Below are positions 35,755 to 45,485 of a stretch of 64,000 nt of DNA, piece by piece. The notes beneath the pieces were generated by a model. The model had not been told where the DNA came from. It searched no databases and saw only the letters and a list, made by a program, of their open reading frames with translations. This DNA comes from a virus. The position numbers and the translations under genes were made by a program. The stretch lies in the IMG/VR virus record IMGVR_UViG_3300032308_001297, positions 1-64,000 of that record. One strand, 5' to 3'. Every line of letters starts with the position of its first letter. Positions within the stretch are counted from its first letter, which is position 1.

Positions 35755-36477
35755 ATGCATAACTTCTCAGAATTTATTGCCGAGTTAAAAATAACTCTAC
35801 AGTGCCACGACGAACTCAATCCTAAACTCTGGGATGGCGAGAAACTAAAGCCAGAAGTTCGTAAGGCTCTAATTAAATTCGGAGAAACTTGGGCTGAGTT
35901 CGCAAAGATTCCCAAGAGTATGATTGAAGATATCGTAATGACAGGCGGTAATACTAATTTTAATTATACTTCTAAATCAGATATCGACGTTCATCTTATC
36001 GTAGATCGATCTAAACTTTTTAGTGACGCAAAATTCGTCGAAGAATATCTACAAGATAAAAAGTCTTTATGGACTTTATCACACGATGTTAATGTATATG
36101 GTTATCCTCTAGAACCATACGCCCAAGACAAGAGCATTAAGTATCCAAAAGATCAGGGCGTTTATTCTCTTAAAAACGATGAATGGTTAAAGAAACCTGG
36201 TAAGTGCGAATATGACTATCAGGGAGACAATCTTCTAAAGCAGAAGGTTAAGCATTATATGCATGCTATTGATCATCTAATAAAACATAAGATGGGTGAA
36301 GGTGCAGTTAATCTTTTAAAAACAAAACTAAAAAACATGCGAGCCGCTGGTATCCAGCAATATGGAGAATATTCCAGAGAGAACCTAGTATTCAAAGAGC
36401 TCCGTAACAGAGGCTATCTTGATAAAATGAATGCATACGACAAAGGTGTGCAAGATCAAGAGCTCTCTCTTAAATAA
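35755..36477 (+). CDS. Pol-beta superfamily nucleotidyltransferase with a capsid-targeting-like N-terminus
   Basis: MHNFSEFIAE; MTGGNTNFNYTSKSDIDVH; LEPYAQ; GEYSRENLVFKELRN. Confidence 0.8.
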   Translation: MHNFSEFIAELKITLQCHDELNPKLWDGEKLKPEVRKALIKFGETWAEFAKIPKSMIEDIVMTGGNTNFNYTSKSDIDVHLIVDRSKLFSDAKFVEEYLQDKKSLWTLSHDVNVYGYPLEPYAQDKSIKYPKDQGVYSLKNDEWLKKPGKCEYDYQGDNLLKQKVKHYMHAIDHLIKHKMGEGAVNLLKTKLKNMRAAGIQQYGEYSRENLVFKELRNRGYLDKMNAYDKGVQDQELSLK

Positions 36478-36480
36478 ATA

Positions 36481-36509
36481 TTGCTTTTCTACTAAAAATA
36501 AGTTATAAT
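36481..36509 (+). promoter_or_regulatory. sigma70-like promoter
   Basis: TTGCTT-N17-TATAAT. Confidence 0.55.
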
Positions 36510-36534
36510 GTTCTTGACTTAAATGGAGGTTATT

Positions 36535-36654
36535 ATGCATATGAGCAGCGAATTAGAATATATGGTTGAGACAGATATGCTTCTGCTAGGTTATAATCCT
36601 TATAACCCTGCAGATGTTAATAAGTATTGGGAGATTTATTTCTATGGCTATTGA
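36535..36654 (+). CDS. small hypothetical protein (39 aa)
   Basis: MHMSSELEYMVETDMLLLGYNPYNPADVNKYWEIYFYGY; GGAGG SD. Confidence 0.55.
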   Translation: MHMSSELEYMVETDMLLLGYNPYNPADVNKYWEIYFYGY

Positions 36655-36919
36655 GATTTATTCGAAGAACAATTGCTCTTTTTGCGAACAAGCAAAACAA
36701 ATCTTACGCACACACGGAAAAGATTATATCGAGTATAAGCTCGACGAAGATTTCACACGCGAGATCCTTCTATCAAAGTTTCCAGAAGCTAAGACGTTTC
36801 CTGTGATTGTTCTCGACGGTTTCAATATCGGTGGGTTTGAACAATTGAAGCGCCATCTCACAGAAGAGACTTCAGACCCTAGAAAGATTCTATTGGAAGA
36901 TAATTACTACGGAGCATAA
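36644..36919 (+). CDS. nrdC: glutaredoxin
   Basis: CSFC active site, TFP, IGGF. Confidence 0.9.
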   Translation: MAIEIYSKNNCSFCEQAKQILRTHGKDYIEYKLDEDFTREILLSKFPEAKTFPVIVLDGFNIGGFEQLKRHLTEETSDPRKILLEDNYYGA

Positions 36920-36922
36920 ATT

Positions 36923-37204
36923 ATGGCTACTTATGATCGCGACACTCTGATGAAAGATTTGCAGAAAAATGTTGTTGCAGTTTATTTCACAAAAGTTAAT
37001 GGCGAAAAACGAGAGATGCGTTGCACTCTCATGCCAGGTTTGCTTCCTCCAACATATGTCCAAGAAGAAGCAGATGTAAAGAAATTCCATGATGAGAACA
37101 GAGAAGTTCTTGCTGTGTGGGATGTGATGAAGGGTGGATGGCGTTCGTTTCGCATCGACTCTATAGAGTATGTTCAGGTCTTAGATCCGTATCAATACTT
37201 TTAA
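36923..37204 (+). CDS. WYL/Sm-like SH3 beta-barrel protein
   Basis: FTKVNGEKREMRCTL..VWDV..GWRSFR. Confidence 0.8.
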   Translation: MATYDRDTLMKDLQKNVVAVYFTKVNGEKREMRCTLMPGLLPPTYVQEEADVKKFHDENREVLAVWDVMKGGWRSFRIDSIEYVQVLDPYQYF

Positions 37205-37214
37205 GGAGATGTAA

Positions 37215-37577
37215 ATGAACGAAAACGCTTACTGGGGTTATCACCTAATCGTTAATGCGGGAGGCTGCAACAAGGCTGCTATTACCGATCATGGAACGAT
37301 TTACGATTTCGCCAAGGAACTTGTAGAGAAAATAGAAATGGTGGCTTATGGAGAGCCACAGATTGTTTTCTTTGGAGAAGGTAATAAAGAAGGTTACACT
37401 CTTGTTCAATTAATAGAAACAAGTAACATTTGTGCGCATTTTGTTAACGAAACTGGTGATATGTACCTGGATGTTTTTTCGTGTAAAACATTCGATAAGG
37501 ATGTTGTCTTAAATCTTGTTGATGATTATTTCCTACCGTCAAGGGTAAATACTACATACCTCGAAAGACAAGCATAA
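37215..37577 (+). CDS. speD: S-adenosylmethionine decarboxylase proenzyme-like protein
   Basis: GYHLI, GYTLVQLIETSNICAH, YLDVFSCK. Confidence 0.82.
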   Translation: MNENAYWGYHLIVNAGGCNKAAITDHGTIYDFAKELVEKIEMVAYGEPQIVFFGEGNKEGYTLVQLIETSNICAHFVNETGDMYLDVFSCKTFDKDVVLNLVDDYFLPSRVNTTYLERQA

Positions 37578-37592
37578 CAACTGGAGTTTGTA

Positions 37593-38423
37593 ATGAATAT
37601 TATTTGGTCTGATTTTGATGCCGATTCAGAATGGTCTGTGAAACAACGCGAAGCAAAACAAGTAAATGGTCCAGAATATTGGCCAACGATGCGGGAAGTG
37701 TTCAAGCATGATTGTGCTACGCTCCCGCTAAATCGTTTTCGTTTATGGGCTAGTATCCATAACGTTCCTCTTGTAACTCAATATCGCACTTCTCGTTTCT
37801 TTGGCGAAGCATTTTATCATGCTTATCGCGACTCAGAAATCTATGAGGCTCTAGTAGAAAATTGGATTGGTATACCAGAAGCAATGGCTGGTGCACTTCG
37901 TCCAACTAATGATTTTGATACTTCAACACAGCGTATTCAGAACCTTGGTCATCTTATGATTACTGGGTTTGGTAAAGAGAAGCTACGTTCAATCAAGTCA
38001 ATTGTTGAGATTGGTGCTGGATATGGTGATATGTGTTCGCTTATCCACGATCTTGGATTCCAAGGCGAATATACTATCGTTGACATTCCAGAGACTCAGC
38101 CAGTTCAAGAGTTCTATCTTGGCAAGCAGGGCATCACGCCTAAGTGGTCATTTGAAGATGATAATGTAACACATGCTGATCTAGTTATTGCTACATGGTC
38201 ATTGTCTGAGACTCCACTCGAATATCGTGCGCAGCTGATGCCAAAGATTGATCAGTCAAAGAACTGGTTAATCATGGCGCAGTCTGAAGTTTTTGGTCAG
38301 AAAGTCAATGACGAATACTTCACTAACTTCTTCAAGGATAAGAACCTAACAAAGATTCCTCTTGGTTCTGAAGATATGAAGCAGTGGGATGGAGACAATA
38401 ATTATTATGTTGTGAGGGATTAA
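37593..38423 (+). CDS. putative sugar O-methyltransferase
   Basis: IVEIGAGYG, YTIVDIPE, IATWSLSE. Confidence 0.75.
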   Translation: MNIIWSDFDADSEWSVKQREAKQVNGPEYWPTMREVFKHDCATLPLNRFRLWASIHNVPLVTQYRTSRFFGEAFYHAYRDSEIYEALVENWIGIPEAMAGALRPTNDFDTSTQRIQNLGHLMITGFGKEKLRSIKSIVEIGAGYGDMCSLIHDLGFQGEYTIVDIPETQPVQEFYLGKQGITPKWSFEDDNVTHADLVIATWSLSETPLEYRAQLMPKIDQSKNWLIMAQSEVFGQKVNDEYFTNFFKDKNLTKIPLGSEDMKQWDGDNNYYVVRD

Positions 38424-38932
38424 TGCTTAATAATGGTTCAACGCCATCAACTGATATGTATTATGGATGTACCGAAAAAAATGTTTGGCGTCCGGGTAGC
38501 GGTATTACATTCGGCACCTTTGATCTATTACATTCTGGTCATATTACTATGCTTGAGCAGTGTAGAAGTCAGTGCGATTATTTAATTGTTGGGTTACAAT
38601 CTGACCCAACAATCGATCGTCCTGATACTAAGAACCGTCCAGTTCAGTCTCTTTTTGAAAGATATGCGCAGTTATCTTCTAGCCGCTTTGTCGACCAAAT
38701 TATTCCCTATGATACAGAAGAGGACTTGGCAAATATGCTAAGTATCCTGGATGTTAAAAAGAGATTCCTTGGCGAAGAATATAATGGCCAGTTTATCTAT
38801 GCTGGTGATGTTTGCAAGCTAAGAAATATTGAATTAGTTTACATCGAACGCAAACACAATTATTCATCATCAAATCTAAGGACCAGAGTATATGCTAGAG
38901 AGTTGTCAAAACGCACCAATAATCCATCTTGA
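38423..38932 (+). CDS. HxGH cytidylyl/nucleotidyltransferase (TagD/RfaE-II-like)
   Basis: GTFDLLHSGH, LIVGLQSDP, YSSSNLR. Confidence 0.88.
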   Translation: MLNNGSTPSTDMYYGCTEKNVWRPGSGITFGTFDLLHSGHITMLEQCRSQCDYLIVGLQSDPTIDRPDTKNRPVQSLFERYAQLSSSRFVDQIIPYDTEEDLANMLSILDVKKRFLGEEYNGQFIYAGDVCKLRNIELVYIERKHNYSSSNLRTRVYARELSKRTNNPS

Positions 38933-39446
38933 ATATTTTGCACAGCAAGCACAAAATCTTGAAGGTCTAATATTAGAATTTGGTGTAGCCAAAGGCAGAA
39001 CAATCACAAAGATCGCTCAAACATTACCAGAAAGAACGGTATATGGATTTGATTGGTTTCAAGGGTTGCCAGAAGATTGGGCAAATGGATATATGGCTGG
39101 GCATTTTGCTTGCGATAAACCAACAGATCTACCAGAGAACGTAGTAATCGTAGAAGGATTATTCAAGAAAACAGTTCCAGGATTTATTAAAGAACATAAA
39201 GATGAGAAGGTTGCTTTCATGCATGTTGATTGCGACATCTATTCATCCGCCAAATATGTTCTTGATAAGTTCGAAAAGAAATTCCAAGATGGTTCAATTG
39301 TTGTCTTTGATGAGTTTATCATATATAATAATTATCAACATCATGAATGGAAAGCATGGCATGAGTTCTTAGAAAAAACTAAGTATAATTACGAAGTGCT
39401 CGGAAGAGCTCACCAAGAAAGTGTAGCATTTAGAATTTACAAGTGA
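38892..39446 (+). CDS. TylF/MycF-like SAM-dependent O-methyltransferase
   Basis: LEFGVAKG, GFDWFQGLPE, HVDCDIYSS, FDE. Confidence 0.85.
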   Translation: MLESCQNAPIIHLEYFAQQAQNLEGLILEFGVAKGRTITKIAQTLPERTVYGFDWFQGLPEDWANGYMAGHFACDKPTDLPENVVIVEGLFKKTVPGFIKEHKDEKVAFMHVDCDIYSSAKYVLDKFEKKFQDGSIVVFDEFIIYNNYQHHEWKAWHEFLEKTKYNYEVLGRAHQESVAFRIYK

Positions 39447-39453
39447 GGATATT

Positions 39454-40038
39454 ATGTCATTTACTGATCAGTATTTTAATGAAGTAGTAGATATTGCCAA
39501 TGAAATCGATAAAAACAAAATTGAGATCATGGCTCGTGGTCTTGCAGACATCACTGCACATGCTGGGCGTGTGTTTGTGCTTGGCGTGGGTGGTAGCGCT
39601 GGTAACGCTTCCCATATGGTTAATGATCTTCGAAAGCTATGTGGGATCGAAGCATACTGCCCCACAGACAACGTTCCAGAACTTACAGCTAGAACGAACG
39701 ACGAAGGGTTTGACACCGTTTTCGAAGGATATCTCAGAGTAAGTAATCTAAACAAGTATGATTGTATCTTTATTCTATCAGTTGGTGGTGGTAATAAAGA
39801 AAAGAATGTATCAGTTGGGCTAGTAAAGGCAATTGATTATGCGAATTATGTTGGCGCTCATGTTTACGGTATTGTCGGCAAGGCAGATGGATACACTGCT
39901 GAAAAAGGGAATTGTGTGGTGGTTATTCCTCAGCTGGCTCCAGACAGAGTCACACCACACTCAGAAGCATTCCAAGGAACAGTCTGGCATTGTTTAGTTT
40001 CTAATCCTGTTTTGCAGAAAAATAAAACAAAATGGTAA
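39454..40038 (+). CDS. gmhA: phosphoheptose isomerase (SIS domain)
   Basis: GVGGSAGNASH..ND, TARTND.G, SVGGG, HSE. Confidence 0.82.
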   Translation: MSFTDQYFNEVVDIANEIDKNKIEIMARGLADITAHAGRVFVLGVGGSAGNASHMVNDLRKLCGIEAYCPTDNVPELTARTNDEGFDTVFEGYLRVSNLNKYDCIFILSVGGGNKEKNVSVGLVKAIDYANYVGAHVYGIVGKADGYTAEKGNCVVVIPQLAPDRVTPHSEAFQGTVWHCLVSNPVLQKNKTKW

Positions 40039-40574
40039 AGGCAGTATTCATTGATCGTGATGGTACGATCAACAAACTTATCCATGGCAGAGAACAAGAA
40101 AAACATGTGTGCCCTTGGTTGTATTCAGAGTTCGAATATATTGCTGGAGCTCATGAAGCTGTTGCTAAATTTAAAAGTTTAGGTTATACTACACATCTAG
40201 TAACAAATCAACCTGACGTTGATGATGGTTATACAACCGAAGAAACTATGAACGCTATCCATGACACTATCAAGAAAGATTTAAAACTTGATACTATCAA
40301 CGTAGCAAGAACACGTAACACACCCGAATACAAACCAAACTCAGGTATGATAGATAGTATAGTTGAAAAATGGGTTGTGACCAGAGAACGTAGTTGGATG
40401 ATTGGTGATACATGGCGTGATGTTGTTGCTGGTCATCGTGCTGGTTTAATCACTATATATATTGGTATTACATATAGAGCACCAAAAGAATATCCTAATA
40501 TTTTTCCTGATTATTGTGCAGTAGATCTACTTGAGGCGAGTAAGATCATAGAACAAAACGAGGCTGGAAGATGA
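40032..40574 (+). CDS. gmhB: heptose bisphosphate phosphatase (HAD-IIIA)
   Basis: FIDRDGTIN, VTNQPD, KP.SGM, WMIGD..RD. Confidence 0.85.
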   Translation: MVKAVFIDRDGTINKLIHGREQEKHVCPWLYSEFEYIAGAHEAVAKFKSLGYTTHLVTNQPDVDDGYTTEETMNAIHDTIKKDLKLDTINVARTRNTPEYKPNSGMIDSIVEKWVVTRERSWMIGDTWRDVVAGHRAGLITIYIGITYRAPKEYPNIFPDYCAVDLLEASKIIEQNEAGR

Positions 40575-41311
40575 ACATTGAGATTTATGCTGATGGAGCA
40601 GATTATAAAGGTATTATTGAATCTGCAAAAAATGAAAAAATTACTGGTTTTACTACTAATCCAACACTAATGAAGCAAGCTGGTATTAGCGACTATGAAG
40701 GGTTTGCTAGGAGAATCATTACTGATCTAAAAACAATGCGTCCAGGCACAAATATTTCTCTAGAAGTATTTGCTGATGATGTAGAAGGAATGTATGCTCA
40801 GGCAAAGAAGATCGCTGCTTGGGGCAAAAAAGCAGAATATGATGTTTACGTTAAGATTCCAATTACTAACACTCATGGCGAGTCAAACGCTGGTCTAGTT
40901 AGACTTCTAAACGAAGAAGGTGTTAAGGTAAATGTTACTGCTGTGTTTACTCCAGAGCAGACAAAGGGCATTCTAGAAAACATTAATACGAATACACCAA
41001 TTATTATTTCTATTTTTGCTGGTCGTATTGCTGACACTCTAAGAGATCCGGTTCGTTCTACAATAGATTGCGTCAATCAGACATGGAATTTTGAACCAAA
41101 GAATATGGAAAACGTAAAGTTCCTTTGGGCTTCATGTCGTGAACAGTATCATTTGATCATGGCTGAACAAGCTGGTTGTCACATTATTACAATGCTTCAC
41201 GATCAAATCAAGAAGCTACATCTAACTGACAAAAACCTTGAAGAGTTTTCTAGAGAAACTGTTCAGATGTTTTATAACGATGCTACTGCATCAGGATTTA
41301 GGATTGACTAA
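40571..41311 (+). CDS. tal: transaldolase
   Basis: YADGA, GFTTNPTLM, ISLEV, VYVKIP, VNVTAVF, FAGRIAD, LWASCRE. Confidence 0.92.
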   Translation: MNIEIYADGADYKGIIESAKNEKITGFTTNPTLMKQAGISDYEGFARRIITDLKTMRPGTNISLEVFADDVEGMYAQAKKIAAWGKKAEYDVYVKIPITNTHGESNAGLVRLLNEEGVKVNVTAVFTPEQTKGILENINTNTPIIISIFAGRIADTLRDPVRSTIDCVNQTWNFEPKNMENVKFLWASCREQYHLIMAEQAGCHIITMLHDQIKKLHLTDKNLEEFSRETVQMFYNDATASGFRID

Positions 41312-42315
41312 TGAAGGGTTTTGAAGAGAACGAAATTTCCGAGAAGGCTAACGGCGGAACTGAGATCGCCAAGCGCAAACTAGCAGAGATTCTTCCTGAT
41401 GAATTGCTAGAAAATTTTCAAATTATTTGTTCACGCCCACGTGATTTAGATGGAAGTAAGATTCGTTTGTTCTGGTGTCATGATCTACCAGAAGATCCAG
41501 AGTCTGCTAAGTTTCGTGATGTAAAATGGCGTAACAAGTTTCATAAGTTTATCTTTATTTCTAACTGGCAGTATCAACGCTATCAGTTAGTTCATGGTCT
41601 ACCTTATGACCAAAAATCAATTATTCTAGAATCAGGTATTATTCCTGCTCCGGAAAGTTGTTTTGATAAGCCAGACGATAAGATTCGTTTAGTTTATACA
41701 TCAACCCCGCAGCGTGGTCTTGATATTCTTGTTCATGTATTTAAGGAACTAGCAAAAGACAATCCAGATATTCATCTTGATGTGTTTTCTTCTTTTAAGA
41801 TCTATGGTTGGGACGACGCTGATAAACAGTTTGAACATTTGTATGATGAAATTCGTAATCATCCACAAATGACCTATCATGGATTCGTTCCGAATGATCA
41901 ACTCAAAGAACATCTTAACAAGTCTCATATCTTTGCTTACCCCTCTGTTTGGACAGAAACATCCTGCAGGGCCATGCTCGAAGCTATGTCCGCTGGTTTG
42001 GTATGTGTTCATCCTAATCTTGGCGCTCTGCCGGAATCTTCCGGTGGTTTGAACGTTATGTTCCATGGTGATCTTAACGATATCAATAATCATGCAGCTG
42101 CATTTGCTGGTAATCTAAACGCTGCTATTGATTTCGTAAGAACAAAGAACCATGATAAGATGATCCGCTTCAATAAGATATTTGTTGACAGCAGATATAA
42201 TATCGATTATGTTAAGAATCGTTGGCAAGCAACTCTAGAAAAGTTACTTACAATATATCCTGACGATGAATCTCGTTGGTTTCCAAAGGAAATGTTTACA
42301 TATAAGGTAGAATAA
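41311..42315 (+). CDS. glycosyltransferase (GT4/GT-B)
   Basis: GGTE, YTSTPQRGL, YPS.W.ETSC..LEAMSAG. Confidence 0.88.
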   Translation: MKGFEENEISEKANGGTEIAKRKLAEILPDELLENFQIICSRPRDLDGSKIRLFWCHDLPEDPESAKFRDVKWRNKFHKFIFISNWQYQRYQLVHGLPYDQKSIILESGIIPAPESCFDKPDDKIRLVYTSTPQRGLDILVHVFKELAKDNPDIHLDVFSSFKIYGWDDADKQFEHLYDEIRNHPQMTYHGFVPNDQLKEHLNKSHIFAYPSVWTETSCRAMLEAMSAGLVCVHPNLGALPESSGGLNVMFHGDLNDINNHAAAFAGNLNAAIDFVRTKNHDKMIRFNKIFVDSRYNIDYVKNRWQATLEKLLTIYPDDESRWFPKEMFTYKVE

Positions 42316-42317
42316 TT

Positions 42318-43310
42318 ATGATTCTTACAAGAACTCCACTGCGTGTTTCATTCTTTAGTGGGGGAAGTGACATGCCATCCTTCTACGAACAGGAGGATGG
42401 CGCTGCTCTTTCTGTAACTATTGATAAATTCATTTATGTAATTGCACACAAAGTTCCACATATGGGTGTGCGTTGTATGTATGATGACGTCGAAGAACAG
42501 CACGACATTGAACAAATGCAGCATGCTATTACTCGTGAAACCTTAAAGTATTATGGTTATACAAAGGAGATCACAGTTGCATCTATTTCAGATATTATTA
42601 CTAAGGGTTCTGGGCTCGGTTCTTCTTCTGCTTTTACTGTGGGTTTGGTAAAAGCAGTATCTTGTTCCAAGTATGATAACAGTACACGTAGATATGTTGC
42701 TGATATTGCATGCGAAATAGAAATGAACAAGTGCGGATATCCTGTTGGTAAGCAAGATCAATACGCTGCAGCATGGGGAGGAATGAATTTATTTAAATTT
42801 AAGAAAAATGGGGAAGTAACAGTAGACGAATTACGTTTAACTAATCCTCACGTCCAAGCTCTTGAGAAAAATCTAATGCTTGTTTATTCTGGGCGTTCTA
42901 GAAATGCTAATAATATTCTCCAGAAACAACAGAAAGCCATGTTAGACATAGACAAATTTAACAAAGTTAAACGTTCTAAAGATAAGGCGTTCGAAGCAGT
43001 AGATCTTCTACACAAAGGTAAGATCGACGATTTCGGTAAACTATTACACGAATCTTGGCTCGACAAGAAAGGTGTCTGTGAAGAAATTACGCAAGACTAT
43101 TTCGACGAAATCTATGAAACAGCTATAAAGGCTGGAGCTCTTGGTGGTAAACTACTAGGTGCTGGTGGTGGTGGTTTCTTTATCTTCTACGTGCCGGAAA
43201 AGTATAGAACTTCTGTAGAGGGTGCAATCTCTACAAACCATACTGATTGTAGGATCTATGATTTTCAGTTTTATGGATCTGGATCTCACATTGTTTATCA
43301 TACTGGATAA
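42318..43310 (+). CDS. hddA: GHMP kinase, D-glycero-alpha-D-manno-heptose-7-phosphate kinase-like
   Basis: TPLRVSFFSGGSD, GSGLGSSS, GKQDQYA, GGKLLGAGGGGF. Confidence 0.85.
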   Translation: MILTRTPLRVSFFSGGSDMPSFYEQEDGAALSVTIDKFIYVIAHKVPHMGVRCMYDDVEEQHDIEQMQHAITRETLKYYGYTKEITVASISDIITKGSGLGSSSAFTVGLVKAVSCSKYDNSTRRYVADIACEIEMNKCGYPVGKQDQYAAAWGGMNLFKFKKNGEVTVDELRLTNPHVQALEKNLMLVYSGRSRNANNILQKQQKAMLDIDKFNKVKRSKDKAFEAVDLLHKGKIDDFGKLLHESWLDKKGVCEEITQDYFDEIYETAIKAGALGGKLLGAGGGGFFIFYVPEKYRTSVEGAISTNHTDCRIYDFQFYGSGSHIVYHTG

Positions 43311-43324
43311 ATAATATTGACTTT

Positions 43325-43741
43325 TTGATAACAATAAGGTATTATAATTTGTCAGTAAGTAATAACGTTATCTCTTTTCCTAGACCTAACTCTAGAATAA
43401 ACTTAGCAGCACAAACTGTAGAGAATATTCAGAACAATCTAGATATGATGAAACATTATCATATTCAAGAGACTATCTTAGCAATGGCTCCTATACTTTT
43501 CAACCAGTTAGATCTTGCTGGTTTTGGTATGATGGATGATGAAGATGAAGATGTCAGAGATGGCGCATTTATTGTAGAAGCATTACGAGCTATAATGTGT
43601 AAGCACTATGGTATCTATCATCCTTTTAATACTCTTATCGAAAACATTTTTGAAGAAGAGCTTACAGAGAATGGTGCTTACAAAGTAGTAGATAGAATAG
43701 AATTAGATCTAACAGAACCGGAAGAAACCGAAAACGAATAG
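43325..43741 (+). CDS. hypothetical protein (start uncertain)
   Basis: NNVISFP motif; acidic; precedes rnh. Confidence 0.6.
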   Translation: MITIRYYNLSVSNNVISFPRPNSRINLAAQTVENIQNNLDMMKHYHIQETILAMAPILFNQLDLAGFGMMDDEDEDVRDGAFIVEALRAIMCKHYGIYHPFNTLIENIFEEELTENGAYKVVDRIELDLTEPEETENE

Positions 43742-43748
43742 GTGATTT

Positions 43749-44606
43749 GTGATTATTGTTGACTTGAATCAAGTTATGTTATCTAATCTTCTTATGCAAC
43801 TTGGTAATCATACCAACGCCCAGGTAGAAGAAAATATGGTTCGCCATATGATTTTAAACTCCCTCCGATCTTATAAAGTAAAGTTTGGTGAAGACTATGG
43901 CGAGATGATTATCGCTTGTGATAATACAAATTACTGGCGTAAACAGCGTTTTCCTTATTATAAGGCTAATCGCAAAAAGAATATTGAGTCCTCAGAACTT
44001 AACTGGAAAAATATCTTCGAGTGCATGAATAAGATTCGTGCAGAACTAAAAGAATACTTCCCTTATAGGGTTATAGATGTCGAGTCTGCAGAGGCTGATG
44101 ATGTAATCGCCACACTAGTTTCTAAATTCGGCTCTGAACTAAATACTGGCGAAAAGATTCTTATTCTTTCTGGCGACAAGGATTTCATACAGCTGCATAC
44201 ATATGCTAATGTTGAGCAATATGATCCGACCCGTAAGAAATGGATAAAACATGACGATCCAGAGAGATTCTTACACGAACATATCCTTAAAGGAGATGCT
44301 GGGGATGGAGTTCCTAATGTTCTTTCTCCTGATAATGTTTTTGTTGTAGGCGATAGACAAAGACCTTTGACAGCTAAGAAACTAGAAAAGATTATGGGCA
44401 CAGAGTTAGAAGAAATGGATACAACTCTTGCTCGAAATTATTCTCGTAATGCATACTTGATTGATTTGAGTTTCACCCCGAATGTTATTCGAGAGAAAGT
44501 TATGGAACAATATATCGCTCAAGAAAATCGTGATCGCAGTAAACTACTAAATTACTTTATCGCAAATAAACTCAAGAATCTAACCGAACATTTGAGTGAG
44601 TTCTAA
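43749..44606 (+). CDS. rnh: T4-like RNase H (5'-3' exonuclease)
   Basis: YWRK..YYKANR, EADD, SGDKDF, GDAGDGVPN. Confidence 0.95.
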   Translation: MIIVDLNQVMLSNLLMQLGNHTNAQVEENMVRHMILNSLRSYKVKFGEDYGEMIIACDNTNYWRKQRFPYYKANRKKNIESSELNWKNIFECMNKIRAELKEYFPYRVIDVESAEADDVIATLVSKFGSELNTGEKILILSGDKDFIQLHTYANVEQYDPTRKKWIKHDDPERFLHEHILKGDAGDGVPNVLSPDNVFVVGDRQRPLTAKKLEKIMGTELEEMDTTLARNYSRNAYLIDLSFTPNVIREKVMEQYIAQENRDRSKLLNYFIANKLKNLTEHLSEF

Positions 44607-44616
44607 GGAGAAATTA

Positions 44617-45036
44617 ATGGCTGTCCTCGGCATGTATGAATTTTTACATCGTGTATCCAAACTTAAAAAGACACAAGAAAAAGTTGACAATTTAAAAGCT
44701 AATGACACATTCGCACTAAGAGCGATTCTTCAGGCAGCTTTTGACCCATCAATTAAGTTCCTTCTTCCAGAAGGCGAGCCTCCATATAAACCAACAGAAG
44801 TAGTTGATCAACAGCATGTTCTTCATAGAGAAGCTGAGAAACTACGATACTTTGTAGAAGGTTTCTATCCGGATCTTAATCAGAATAAGCGAGAGATGAT
44901 GTTCATTGAACTACTTGAACGTGTAGATCCTCTCGATGCAAAACTTCTAGTCGCAATTAAAGACAAGAAGATGCCATTTCCAGGCATTACAGTTGGACAT
45001 GTTAAAGAAGCACTACCAGGATTGATTGTAGAATGA
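44617..45036 (+). CDS. conserved T4-like protein (DUF6433-like)
   Basis: LPEGEPPY, KREMMFIELLE, KDKK motifs. Confidence 0.75.
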   Translation: MAVLGMYEFLHRVSKLKKTQEKVDNLKANDTFALRAILQAAFDPSIKFLLPEGEPPYKPTEVVDQQHVLHREAEKLRYFVEGFYPDLNQNKREMMFIELLERVDPLDAKLLVAIKDKKMPFPGITVGHVKEALPGLIVE

Positions 45037-45233
45037 GCAAATCAGCTATTAAGAAATTTAAAAAGAACGATTATTCGGATCGCGACGAGTTTCATGATGA
45101 TCCTCGTGAACGTGAACAGAAGCGTAACGCAAAGCGTGTAGAACGTGCGTTACGTACAAAAGACATTTCAGCTTTCGTTGAAGATGAAGATCAATATAAT
45201 GACGATCTTATCGATAATAATTGGAAATACTGA
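45033..45233 (+). CDS. hypothetical protein
   Basis: Charged 66-aa ORF coupled to its neighbours. Confidence 0.6.
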   Translation: MSKSAIKKFKKNDYSDRDEFHDDPREREQKRNAKRVERALRTKDISAFVEDEDQYNDDLIDNNWKY

Positions 45234-45475
45234 TGCCAACGTATCGATTTTTAAATAATGAAACTGGCGAAGAGTATGAAAACTTCATGTCGATATCGGA
45301 ACTTGATGCATACTTGCAAGAAAATCCGAAAATCACTCAACTCGTAAACGGCGCTCCTATGATCCATTCTGGCAGAGGTATGGGTAAACCTGATCAGGGT
45401 TTCCGTGATCTGTTAAAACATATGAAGAAGGGAAACAATAAAGGTATAACAAGGAGCACCATAAACACATTCTAG
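45233..45475 (+). CDS. FmdB-like conserved T4-like protein
   Basis: MPTYRF.N.ETGE..KPDQGFRDLL. Confidence 0.7.
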   Translation: MPTYRFLNNETGEEYENFMSISELDAYLQENPKITQLVNGAPMIHSGRGMGKPDQGFRDLLKHMKKGNNKGITRSTINTF

Positions 45476-45485
45476 TAGGGGTATA

